A stretch of 64,000 bases of DNA from Amoebophrya sp. A120 (taxonomy: Eukaryota > Protista > Dinoflagellata). Location of the stretch: assembly GCA_905178155.1 (NCBI GenBank), contig CAJINV010000004.1:6240828-6304827 (forward strand), in the 5' to 3' direction. Shown here one piece after another: positions 39,762 through 50,890 of the stretch. The position numbers were made by a program, and so were the translations under genes. The notes under the pieces are model-generated. The model was given only the letters and a program-made list of their open reading frames with translations, did no database searches and was not told the origin of the DNA. The stretch's first letter is position 1. Each line of letters starts with the position of its first letter.

Positions 39762-42700
39762 TCAGTACGCCGCGGAAAATTCCTCTAGCATCTGTTCTTG
39801 CTGCACCTCGACGACGCCCCAGCCGCCTTCTGTGCCCAAGATCTGGAGCTCCGACTGGTGCCATTTGCGCACCTCCGGCCGGTGCGCGATGCTGAAGAAG
39901 GTGATTTTGTCGTTTTGTGCCAGCAGGGAGTACAGTTTTTCCTGCACGTCCTGACTCACCGCACTGGTGGCTTTATGAGAGTGCACAACTCCCCCTCCCC
40001 CTCATTTATATGGCATGAACAGCAATACAACAACCGCCATCCGGAAACGGAATGCAGGTTTTGCATGACAAATTCACTTCGGACTGTAGTGCTGTTTGGG
40101 CTGCCAGAATCTGTCATGCAAAAAGTGCCAAAAGGCACAGGGCGCATTTGGTACTTTGCATGACAAATAAGGGGGAGGGGGAGTTGTGCACTCTTGTAAG
40201 CTTCGTCCAACGCTGCGAACGCCGGTTCGTGGAAGAGCAGACGCGCGAAGGACAGCTTCTGCCGTTCGCCGCCCGAGAGCATCTTCTCCCAATCCTGGCC
40301 CTTCTCTTCCAAACTATCAAATGCAAAAATGTCTGGGTCTGGAAACTTGTGATGCAAGACGGTCAATAAAAAATGCACTGTAATGCGCCCCCAAGCATGA
40401 CAAGTTGCTTCGTGCTTCTGTGCTGCGTATTCCGCATGAGAAACTGCGTTTTTGCATGACAGGCGAGAGAGGCTGTTTGTGGCCACGCAACACAGATTTA
40501 ACGGCCATGCCAGATCAGCATGACAAATCTCGCAATCTTTCAGACCCAGACATTTTTACATTTGATACAAACGGGCCGTGTGCGACTCCAGGCCGACTTG
40601 CTGTAGCAGATCCAGGATGCGGTCTGTTTTGATGTTTTTTTTTAAACAATTTTTGCCCAGTGCCAATCAGGTATAAGCAGGAAATCCGGCCGAATATAGA
40701 ATTTTCTTCATCTGCTCCTAATTTTAGGGGATTGATGTGATGATGCATTTGGTAGGAGTAGGTAGCGATGCCGTTGTCTTGTGCGTCCACCAGCGCTGTT
40801 CGTTGTACAACAGGATAACACTTTATCAACACATGCAAATACTACCTTTTTCGACGACGTTGTGCCGCTCGGTTTTCCTCGGGTACCACACGTTATCCAG
40901 CAACGTCCCATATCAAATGCAAAAATGTCTGGGTCTGGAAAAGTGTAGACTTGTCATGCAGATTTTCCATGACCCATGAGGTGAGGAATGCGGGACTTAG
41001 CATGACAGACTCTACGAGGTCTCTGCCATGCCTATCTTGCATGAGAAACTCGCTTCCAACTTGGTCAAAAGTGTGCCGCTTTTGGCACTCATGCAACACA
41101 GATTTTTGCATGCTTCAGATCTACTTACCATGACAAGTTGCATCCTTCCAGACCCAGACACTTTTGCATTTGATATCCCAACGCAGATGTAGGGATTTTG
41201 CGGTAGGTAGAAGATCTGCGGACCCGCACGGTCCTGGTTGTGCAGCAACTCGTATCTGTCCATAGTTCTTCTAGAAGCGTTGTGGTGAACTGTATCAAGA
41301 ACCTGGTCGTGGTTTGGATTCTTGGCAGCAGAAGAAGTTCCTAACTCATGATGATCGTCGTGGTCGGCATGATGTGCGCCAGATGGCTGTTCGAACACTA
41401 CTTCCCCGACGGTTTCCTGCAGAAACTTCGCGGCCTGCCATGCGGTGCGCAGCAACCGCCGCCCCGGCGCCTCTGGGTCGATAATGGTGGGGAGGGAAAG
41501 GTCGAGGGGCCCAGTGCCGCGAGGGGCAAATTTGTTCAGATTTCTTATCAAATGTAAAAATGTCTGGGTCTGGAAGAATGCAAGTTTGTCATGCTTGTCT
41601 GGCATGACTCTTAAATCTGTCATGCACATTACCAAAGAGCCCCACTTTTCTGTCATGCAGAAACGTAGTTTGTCATGCAGAGTAGGCAACACCTAGAAGC
41701 TCAGAAGCTTGTCATGCTGAGCCAGCAATTGTGGCCTCCTCATGATACGCCACACAGCATCACAAGTTTCCAGACCCAGACATTTTTACATTTGATATTT
41801 CTCCCCACACTACTGATGCTTTCCATTCCACCGGAGATCACCCGTGTCCGGCTCTTGCTGGAGGTCTTCTTCGGCACAGCAATATTGTCGGCCGTCTGCT
41901 CTGTGGAAATGCTAGTGGCGGTCCCGTCTTCGCTCGTCGGGCTGCTGCGGCTGTTCAACGACGGCCGCTTATTATTATTGTTATTCGCACCCGCTACAGC
42001 TTTCGGACTCAGGAACGCAGCAGATGTTCTCGACCCGTGAAGTAGATGCTCATCCCGGTCCGCTGGCGGCGCCCGCGTGGAAACAATCACGTGCCCGAAG
42101 GCGGGCTTCCACAGCCCGGACAGTGTGCGGAACAAACTCGTCTTTCCGCAGCCGTTTTATCAAAAGGAAAAATACCCCCTCCCCATATCAAAACGAAATT
42201 TCTGATGCTGGATTTGAATACACAAATCAGCTCTGTCTTGCTGGAGAGGAATGCAGCCCCATACTGAGCCTAGGTAGAGAGGCTCTGGCCTAGGCGTCTA
42301 GCATGAGAAACGTCCGTGCTGTAGGCCCATCAGCATCACAAACCGCCTGCGCAATGCAGCGGAGCTTGTGGAGTTGCCTTCTTGCAAGAAAGACGTGATT
42401 TGAGGTAGCAAATCAGCAACACAAATTTTCGGAAACATTCCTTTTCGATATGGGGAGGGGGGTTTTTTCCTCTTAATACGTTCGGGCCGGACACCAGCAC
42501 GTTGCAGCCCTTGCGGACCATCATGTTCAGGTTGCGCACCAGCAACCGCCCGTCCGGGGTGTAGACCGTCAGATTGCTGAAACGCACAAATTCGTTGTGG
42601 ATCTGCTCCATCATTCTCTTCCGTTGCTGCACCTGCTGCTTCAGCTGCGAGGCCACGTGCTTGGCCGCGAGAATGTTGTGGATCCCGAAAGACTCCGAAT

Positions 42701-45700
42701 TCGTGCTATTCCGGCGCTGGTCGACGGAAGAGGTGGAAGCCGAAGGAGCTGTACCATTTGTAAAATCTGCGGCTCCTGCAGTGCCGGCACTTGTAGTGGT
42801 CTCCGCCGTGCTATTGCTAGCTGCACTTTGCTTCTTACCCTTGTTTCTCTTTCCCTTTTTGCCGCTGCCTTTGCTACCCCTATCGGCTTCTTTCAGCTGC
42901 TCCTCTGCAGAAGTCGTCTGCTGGTGCCCGCTCGTGGTTGGCGGTGGTTGTACGACGATCTTCGGTGAAGAGCCCACACTGGGCAGCTGCTGCTGCTGCT
43001 GCGGTACCGCCCCGACCGCGCGCACCCGAGGACCTCCGGAAGCAGATGTGCCGCCGGCATTTAATGTTCCCCCAACTACCGGGCCGCCTGTAGCAGTACT
43101 AGTCCCCAACGACCCGCCGACCATCGGGGTCGCTAGAATGCCGGCGGACGTAACTACCGCGTGCTGTGACAAGCTGGAGGCGCTTTGGAACGTAGAACCA
43201 GCTCCGAACATCTTCATCCTGCCTGCACCTCCTCCGACAGTGTGCAAGTTTGCGTTCCCTCCACTGGCGCCGCCGAGCAGTACCATGCCCGCAGCATCGT
43301 CCGTGGTAAAAGAAGCGTAGCGTTGCAAACCCCGCGGGGCTAGGTTGCTTGTTCCAGTACTGCCAGCATCGGACTTCTTCTGTTGTTTCCTCGGAACCAC
43401 GGCTGTTGAGAGAGCCAGCGTAGAAGTACTACTACAAGTATCCGGCACTTGCAGCAGATTGTTCGCCTTGAAGATGCTGTTATTTTTTCCGGCGGATGTT
43501 GCCGAACCAACATCATGCCCTGTCGTTTTGTTCGAATGGGGCACGACCGCACTCCCAGAATTTGAATTCTTCGACGAACTCTTGCTAACAGAACCACCTC
43601 CGAAAGGCGCAAACTGCTCGCGCAGGAACTCCCAGCCGGCAGAAGCCAGCATGTTGCCAAAGGATATCCGCTCTTCGTGCTGCGCCCCCGCAAGGTCTTG
43701 TTCAGCAGTAGTGGTCCTCGTGCCACTTGTTTGTTCCGCCTCCGCCATCGAGAGACGAGCGCCGCTGTCGAGTAACGCGCCGTCCAGGGCGTCACTTGTC
43801 GAGATTCGTCGCGGCCCCTGCCTTCTCCTCGGCTCGGGTTGGTCCTTCTCACTGTCGTGGTCGTTGCTTTGGTGGTCCTTCACCGCAAGTTTATTCCCTG
43901 TCGAAGCTGCACCAGCACCACTCTGTGCACTACTATCCAGCATGCAGTGGTCGAGAATTTCCGTGACTCGGATCGTGTAGCCCTGCAGGATGTGCAGCTT
44001 GTTGACCGCCAGGATCAATTCCCCGATCGCGCCCGCCGCGTGGCGGATCAGGGAGTCCGCCGTGCGGTGCCGCCCGAGCACTTCCGTCTTCGTCAGTGTG
44101 CCCGCGGCGTACTTCATCATCAGCGGGTAGCTGATCGCGGCCATGCCGATGATCGAAGCACAGTACTTCACGGTCCACTGGTCCAGCAAGTTCTGCCGGA
44201 ACTTCGCCCACGCCAAAGCGCCCTTGAAGTGCAACAACGAGTGCAGTTTGTCGTCCAGTAGCGCGTGCTCCCGGGACTCCCCGCCGAGAAAGGCCACCTC
44301 CTCCGCGTGCACGCGCAATCGTTGGTGGGCGCTGGAGAACGCGGACTGCAACCCGGCCTCGGCCGCCTTCAGCCGCGAGAACGGCGGTTTTTGCAAGCCG
44401 AGAAAAAAGGCGTTCACCATGAAATACGCGTACAGCAGCATGGGGGACTGGAACCCGAGCGTGGCGAACAGCGCGCGGGAGCTGAGAACCACGTCCAGCA
44501 GCGGTTTCAACGTGTGGCCGTAGAGGTGCACCAATTCGTGGCAAAATTCCCCGATGTCCTCACTAATCCGCTTATCCGCATTGAACTGCTGAACCGCGGA
44601 TGAGGAGGATGTCGCTTCCGCAGGAGCTGCTCCGTCAGGAGATGCACCAGTACTAGCGTTCTTGTTAAAGGGATCTGCTCCACCACCCCCTGCTCTCGAC
44701 GAGGATGGAGTTTTGGAGGGTGGAAGCAGCTTCAGATTGTCCATCGAGCCACCGCGGCTTCTAGAAGCAGATGTACCAGAAGAAATACTTGAGGATCCGG
44801 CTTGTAGCTTCGCCGCTTTGGAGGTATCATTCTGCTTATTGTTCTTGCTCGCCGAAACACCCGAGGTGGAAGCAGGAGTAGTTTTGGAAGATGCGACGAT
44901 TCCTATCTCTTCGTCAGTGCTACCACCAGCTGCGGTAGTTTTATTCGTCAGCGCCGAAACCATAGCCTTCCTCCCGGCGCCGCTCGCGACCGCGGGGTAG
45001 GCCAGGTAGTAGTAACTTCGGTTCGCCAGGTACTGTTCATGGATGGTTTCCGTGGCCTTGTGCTGCAAAGACTCCGCGATGTATTCCTCACACCACTTCA
45101 AAACGCTGTTCACCCAGGCGGACAAACCCCCATAGCTCAAAAACCGGTAGGCGTACAGGATGAACTTATCCCAGCTACCCTCGATCACCGTGGCCGTGGC
45201 TTCGCCGTACAGCTCCGAGATCCGGATGGAAAGCCAGGACCGGAGAAAGAGGAAAATCCCGTGCACCCCGAACCAGACCGCCTGCTTCGCGCCAATCGCA
45301 ATGCGCAAAAGGGAGAGCAGCCGCCCCTCGTCGGACCGCTCTCCTGGTTCAACATCCGTGCCTTCTTCTCCTGCGGGAAGATCTTTTTCATTCCCGTCTG
45401 AAGTCTTCGATTTGCTCCTGCTCCGTCGCCGGGACGGATTTCTACTTTTCCCGAAGAGCGCGTTGCTCAACCTTTTGGAGAGATAAAGCAGAATCGCCTT
45501 CAGCTTCAGCAAAAGCAGGTTTTTCTGCTTGCTCGCCTTCTTGCCTATGTTGTAGCCCGTGGCCTGCTGCACCAGATTCTTATACAACCCGAGAAAACGC
45601 CAGCGGAAGTACAGGCAAAGAACCGCATTCACGCTGCAGCCCGCCACGAAAATCCGCAGGGGGGTCGCGTTCTATCCTGTGCAAAACTATCGTACTCGTA

Positions 45701-45850
45701 GTAATCGCAGTCATGCATTACAAATCTTTTTATCAAGGCAAATCCGCATTACAAATTCCATTTCTCATGCTAAGGAAATTTTAATATGCATTTATACGAG
45801 TACGATACTTTTGCAATTGATACGTTCTGCACCGAAATCAAAGGCCGCAT
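39762..45850 (-). CDS. ABC transporter subfamily D (peroxisomal fatty acyl-CoA half-transporter-like)
   Basis: TMD motifs ([27 protein letters not shown]), Walker A GPN|GCGKT, YLPQNPY, signature LSGGERQKL, Walker B ALDE|ATSA, H-loop SIAHR. Six introners plus a GT-AG intron near 40625-40845. Start uncertain. Confidence 0.92.
39974..40198. mobile_element. Introner, family C (at Walker B/D-loop)
   Basis: TSD ggctt/agctt; removal gives LDEA|TSAV. Confidence 0.9.
40315..40567. mobile_element. Introner, family A
   Basis: TSD caaac; removal gives TARL|EEKGQDW. Confidence 0.9.
40911..41175. mobile_element. Introner, family A
   Basis: TSD tccca; removal gives ICVG|TLLDNV. Confidence 0.9.
41546..41797. 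mobile_element. Introner, family A
   Basis: TSD tttct; removal gives VGRN|LNKF. Confidence 0.9.
42158..42478. mobile_element. Introner, family F (inside Walker A)
   Basis: TSD cgttt/cgttc; removal gives SGPN|GCGKT. Confidence 0.9.
45673..45822. mobile_element. Introner, family D
   Basis: TSD cgttc; removal gives SVQN|ATPLR. Confidence 0.88.
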
Positions 45851-46752
45851 CTTCTTCCTTGTATGGTCAGGAACAGGTGGGAGAGGTGTTGAAGTCTCCA
45901 CTCGTCGGGCCGTCCGGACGAGATATCACACCGTCGAAGTATTGCTTAAATTTCTGTCACCTCCGGTGGGATAAATATCGCTGTGTCGTTATTGTGAAAC
46001 AGTAACAGAGGAAACGAAACGAGAAACAATAACAACTCGACGCATCGTACAAAATTGGACGAAACAATGAATACGTAGAGTGGGTGGAGCTGGACGGGTG
46101 GGAAATAACGAATGGAGGACAAGTTTGCAAACCTGAAGCTATGTGTGTGTGGGAAACAAAGTGACTTTGACTTTGGTATAGAAAATCAATATCGTTGTAC
46201 CGATGGACCTCTTGGCGCTCGACAAGTAAACCGAAAAAACACAGAAAGCATGTCTAGACGCGTCCAACAAAACGGTCTTCATGTACCAAAATCGCTCGTG
46301 GGATTACCTAGCTACACTGAGGCCACTTTCCTGCTCGTTCCTCTTTTCGCGTCTGGTCTCTTCGAAGTCAAGAGAGTCTTGGCCCTCGACAGCACGCCAC
46401 CTTCACGTCTTTCAGTCACAGAACTCAAAAAATTTTTTCTTCACAAACCGAGTTGTGGGAGGTCAACTGCTTTAGCCTTCAAAAAAAAACCGATAGAATT
46501 AACGCTGCGATGAGGATCCGGAGCTATCACGCAATCGAAACCGATTTGAAATTTTCTTTTGTGTAATTTCTGCACCGAACAAGAACGATTTTGGTTGTAT
46601 GCCTGCTATGCATAGATACTACAGCCATGAGCAGTGATTAGGCCTGGCGTATGATCAAAAGAAAAACTGCTCACGCGTCGCTTTAGTTCGACCAGTTTGC
46701 AGGATCTATGCTGTGACATCATCTCGTTGGTCCACCACATTTATTATCGCAG

Positions 46753-47226
46753 TCATTTCAAAAGCTTTTCGACGAGCCCGCGCACCTGCGGTACAATCTT
46801 TTTGTGTTTCGGGTCTCGCGGCCACGGAGACGAAGCACTTCGCATTTTGATGTCCTTTCGCTTGCATTTCGCCCGCGGACGGAGAAACACGAAGGAGCCT
46901 TCTTCTGGAGCACCATCTTGTTCACACGCGTCATCAACATCGGCACACGTCACTAAGTTACCGTGTCTTCCGTCGTAGAAGTGTTCCCAAGCAAGCGCCG
47001 GACGGAGCCACCAGCCCCAGTGGTCCAAGATTCTCCCCGGATGAAAAAGGGTATTTCTCATCGACGACAAGGTGCTTCTCGACAGCGTAGTTGTAGTTGT
47101 GTGTGGAACCGTGTAGAAGGCCGTCAAAAAAGCAGGAGTTTGAAGCAGCGGAAAGAACGCTGACCGCACCGCCCGGGAGAGGACGATTGCGGGAGCGGCA
47201 AAAGCTGACGAACTACTTGCAGCCAT
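46753..47226 (-). CDS. Hypothetical 157-aa protein, possible organellar targeting peptide
   Basis: ATG-initiated ORF on the cluster strand between ABCD and XRN; Ser/Ala/Thr/Arg-rich N-terminus without acidic residues; basic C-terminus; no recognised family. Confidence 0.45.
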   Translation of the reverse strand: MAASSSSAFAAPAIVLSRAVRSAFFPLLQTPAFLTAFYTVPHTTTTTLSRSTLSSMRNTLFHPGRILDHWGWWLRPALAWEHFYDGRHGNLVTCADVDDACEQDGAPEEGSFVFLRPRAKCKRKDIKMRSASSPWPRDPKHKKIVPQVRGLVEKLLK

Positions 47227-47598
47227 TTTCTCAAAGTCAAGACGAGGTCCTCGTCTGGGCGACCAATTTAACAGGTCTTGGAAAACGTATTAAACTCGAT
47301 GCTTCTAGCCGCGTTTTTGTGTGTAGAAAATTCAAATTGCGAGATTAAACAGAGATTTGATCTCAGGGAAATCAACGACGATCGAGAACAAACAAGCATC
47401 CATCTTGGGGTGCTTTCACTGAAGACGGGTTCGAACACGAAACAAGCCGGGACGAGGGTCTCCGCTCCTCGACACCATTGAAACGCTATGCTATAGAAAT
47501 AATTTACACAAATCACAAAGAATTACGCTGCGTTTTGTCATGTTGCAGGCGTCGGGGGACATGAGTTGATATTCCTGTGCACATGAACTATTCTTGCT

Positions 47599-50058
47599 TC
47601 AGCTTCTGTATGTTGTGGCATAGTATCTTCTTTGCTTCGCGACTGCTTTCGGGCCCAGCAGTTTGCGCACGTAGCTGTCTAAAACGTAAAGGTCGATTTT
47701 ATCGATGTCGGTAAATTCCGTTCTGCGCCACCTCGCGACCTTCGCGATGTGTTTTTCTTTGTCTGCCAGCCTGGTCTCATATTCCTTGAGGAGACGCTCC
47801 AACTCCGCTGAAATTTCTATGGGACAAGTAGTAGTCGAAGCATCTTTTACTGTTGTTCCCTTGTTTTTGTTTATCGCCCCAGCCCCGCCTCTGCCAAAAT
47901 TCCGGCGCAGGTCCTGTACCTTTTCGATTCCTGCGTTCGCGAGCGACTCGCTTTTCCGCACGTATTCCGACAGCGCTTCGTGCGCCGCCGTCTCGAGAGC
48001 GGAGAACCGCTTTGTTTCTGCCATGAAGGCGAGTAGCTGCCGTTCCTTTTCACGAAAAGAGGAGAGGAAGCCAGCGGGTTTTTGAAACAGAGTCATCACC
48101 GCCTTCCACTGCGAGAGCTCCAGGACCGAGCTGAGGCGATGAACAGGGACCACGGAGAGACACCGCGTCAAGGGCAGAAGCGGCTTGGTGGCTTGAAGTG
48201 ATCCTTCGATGTCATTATGGTCTTCGGCAACGTAGTAATCTGCATCTCCTTCACCTTTCGATTCTTCATTTCTATTTTGCCCGATCCAAATTTGTTCCTT
48301 CACACCCGGCCCGAGGAGACTCGTGAATTCAGCTTGATTTCGTCGCATATAGCCGACAAGCTGCTCGCCCGTCAGCATGCTGCGACTACTGTCGGGCTGA
48401 GGATGTTTCACCGCTGGGGCTTCCTGACCCGAACTGTTGGCTACTACGTCCTCGTCAGAAGCCACGTCGAAAGCAGAAAAGCCAAAATCAAACGTGTAGG
48501 GGTAACCGTGGCTGTAACAATCCAAGGTCCACAGCATAGCACGAAAGTAATCGCGACTGCGTCTGTCGAGTCCAAGTGGTGCAGCCGCTTCACTTTGGGA
48601 AGATGGACAGTTTTTGCCTTTCCCAGCCGCGCCCTTCTTGCCGGAAGAGGCTCCCTTTTTCAGCATCCCCTTACTATTTCGTGCTTTGACATCAGAGCTG
48701 CCTCCATCCACTCCGTTTTCATCTCCGAGCAAGATCTCTTCTAGCGTGGACGTGGAGGCAGTTCCAGTGCAAAACCGGTGGTAACAGTAATACCATTTTT
48801 GATACACCTTCCCGGACTCCACTTCCTCCAGCGGACTAAAGCGGTACTGGTCCCCACCGCTTTGCGACACGCGGACCACCTTCACGATGCCCCACTTGTC
48901 GGGCTCGTGCGCTTGAAAGTTTTTCCGCGCGGTTATTTCGGTGTACTTTCTCCACCGGGCGTTTACGTTCCACGCACCGTTTAAGCTCACCCCGGGTACG
49001 TAATCATTCCCCTGGAGCATCGAGAGAAAGGTGAAGTCCCGGCGAAGGGTGAGTTCGTGGTCTGAAGGTTTCGCGAAGAACCCTGATGGCGGCTGCGGAC
49101 GAGCAGTAGTAGTAGACAACAACGCAGCCTGAAGTTTTCGCACGTCGATGAAATGTGCGCCGGAAGACGGTTTGTTTTTCAGTTTGCCGCCTTCAGCAAA
49201 GTTGAAGTAAAGCTGGGACTGGTTTAACCTTTCTGCGGCGTTCAAACCGCACAGCAGCAGGTCGGAATCCCCCCCGAGGATGACGTGACAAAACGTCGGT
49301 CGACTAGAACACCACGACGAGGATCCCTTCTGCTCTTCCCTTGCCCTCGCCGCCTCGTAGTATTCTTCTTCGTTGATCGCTTCGATGATCTTGTGCTCCC
49401 CCTCCCCGGGCACGTCCGCGTCACTGAACACGATTTTGGTTATCACCTCGCCTCGTTTGCGCACAAACTTCTGGCAAAAATGCGCTTCCACGCGGTTTTT
49501 CAGCAACGTCTGCATCACCTCCGTGCCCGGGGTCAGCGCCTGCCGCCAGAAGCTGCTCTCGTCCTTGCGTCGGCGGTCGCGACTGACGAGCAGCTTCGCG
49601 CGCGATCCGGGGCCGTCGAAGAAGAGAAAAATGCGGAGTGCAGAGGAAGTGGAGGATGTTCTTTGATGGTCAACATCCAGGTAAGGCGCAACGGCGTCAT
49701 TCAGTGCGGATATGACTTTGCGCAGAAAGACCTCGATCTCCGCATCTTTTGCCACAGGGTCGTCAAAACGAGCGTCGTGCCAGACGAAGGAGATTTTTTC
49801 TACGTCTAGTTTATTTTCCTCGTGATCTTTATTTGATACTCCATCAGGACCAGTACTACTTGAAACAGCCTGCGATCTCCTCTTCTCGCTTGCCTTCTTT
49901 TTCGCGCCGCCACGGCTTCCGCTTGCTGTGTGGAGTAGGAAGTTTCCATCGATGTAGAGGTGCGTGGTGCGTGCGGGAATGGTCGCGGCAGTTGAAGCGT
50001 CGACCTTTATACCAGGAAAAAGGCCTTCCACACTCGGAATCAACTTGGAAATACCCAT
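47599..50058 (-). CDS. XRN-family 5'-3' exoribonuclease (catalytic domain), intronless
   Basis: MGISKL start; HLYIDGNFLLH, FFDGPGSRAK..RDRR, LTPGTEVM, FSDADVPGEGEHKI, HVILGGDSDLLL, DFTFLSMLQGNDYVP, YFRAMLWTLDCY. Confidence 0.9.
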   Translation of the reverse strand: MGISKLIPSVEGLFPGIKVDASTAATIPARTTHLYIDGNFLLHTASGSRGGAKKKASEKRRSQAVSSSTGPDGVSNKDHEENKLDVEKISFVWHDARFDDPVAKDAEIEVFLRKVISALNDAVAPYLDVDHQRTSSTSSALRIFLFFDGPGSRAKLLVSRDRRRKDESSFWRQALTPGTEVMQTLLKNRVEAHFCQKFVRKRGEVITKIVFSDADVPGEGEHKIIEAINEEEYYEAARAREEQKGSSSWCSSRPTFCHVILGGDSDLLLCGLNAAERLNQSQLYFNFAEGGKLKNKPSSGAHFIDVRKLQAALLSTTTARPQPPSGFFAKPSDHELTLRRDFTFLSMLQGNDYVPGVSLNGAWNVNARWRKYTEITARKNFQAHEPDKWGIVKVVRVSQSGGDQYRFSPLEEVESGKVYQKWYYCYHRFCTGTASTSTLEEILLGDENGVDGGSSDVKARNSKGMLKKGASSGKKGAAGKGKNCPSSQSEAAAPLGLDRRSRDYFRAMLWTLDCYSHGYPYTFDFGFSAFDVASDEDVVANSSGQEAPAVKHPQPDSSRSMLTGEQLVGYMRRNQAEFTSLLGPGVKEQIWIGQNRNEESKGEGDADYYVAEDHNDIEGSLQATKPLLPLTRCLSVVPVHRLSSVLELSQWKAVMTLFQKPAGFLSSFREKERQLLAFMAETKRFSALETAAHEALSEYVRKSESLANAGIEKVQDLRRNFGRGGAGAINKNKGTTVKDASTTTCPIEISAELERLLKEYETRLADKEKHIAKVARWRRTEFTDIDKIDLYVLDSYVRKLLGPKAVAKQRRYYATTYRS

Positions 50059-50890
50059 TTTTTTCAAAAACTGACGTTCACGTTTGTACAACTCGTGATA
50101 AAGAGAGACATACACATCACAGCCTGAGGCTATGTACTATTTTTAATTCAGTGTCAGTACAACAGCGCAGCGCGACTATCTATGATACCCACTCAGGTCG
50201 TGGGCACGATGATGATGAGCCTCCTGGGTTCATCGAAAAGTGCACTCTATGTCTAATTGTAATTACCTTGCTCTACTAGGAAGCAAATATCTTCAATCCC
50301 CCTAGCCGTACAAACTGTTCCGATCGTTCATAGCAGATCCAAATCTACTTCCTGCGGTTCCTGCTGTTTCGCGCTCGTCACTGGCTCCACCCCACTCAAC
50401 AAAACGAACTGCTGAATAGAATAAAAGTACGCACTGAGCACGTCGTGCCAAGCGGTGACTGCACCAGACAAGATGCTGCATTTTTTGCGACCTTCTCACT
50501 TGAAATCATTGTTCATTTTCGATCCAATTCATAGCGCAGCTACTGTGGTGCTTTCCTCGTTCATTTTTATGCAAAAACGATAGTAGTAGAGCCGTGCTGT
50601 AAGTAAACATTATGACAACTTCTACGCGCAACATAGTACCACGACTGCTTCTTCTACCTGTGTTAATGTGTTGATTTTATCGTGTAACTCCTCTACTTTC
50701 ATCTTTGTTAATACCTATTCTTCAAGTTGTGTCATTTGCTTCCTGCGTTTTTTTCATTCTCTAAAAACTCGACTACGACTTCTATTGATTGTTACAATTA
50801 GAGTCTTGATTATCAAGACACTCGGCGTCAACATTTCTCGCTGCACCTCCGGCGTTCAACTCTACAACCGAAAACTGCGAAAAAAAATCG

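Noticed and set aside
3053-41797. Recurring ORF-track peptides such as [25 protein letters not shown] and CKNVWVWK suggesting a repeated protein domain
   Set aside because: They are translations of the family A TIR in different frames, not protein.
47218-47236. GCAGCCATTTTCTCAAAG resembling the dinoflagellate spliced leader (CCGTAGCCATTTTGGCTCAAG)
   Set aside because: Imperfect match, on the strand opposite all genes, and explained by the reverse complement of the ATGGCTGC start of the 157-aa ORF.
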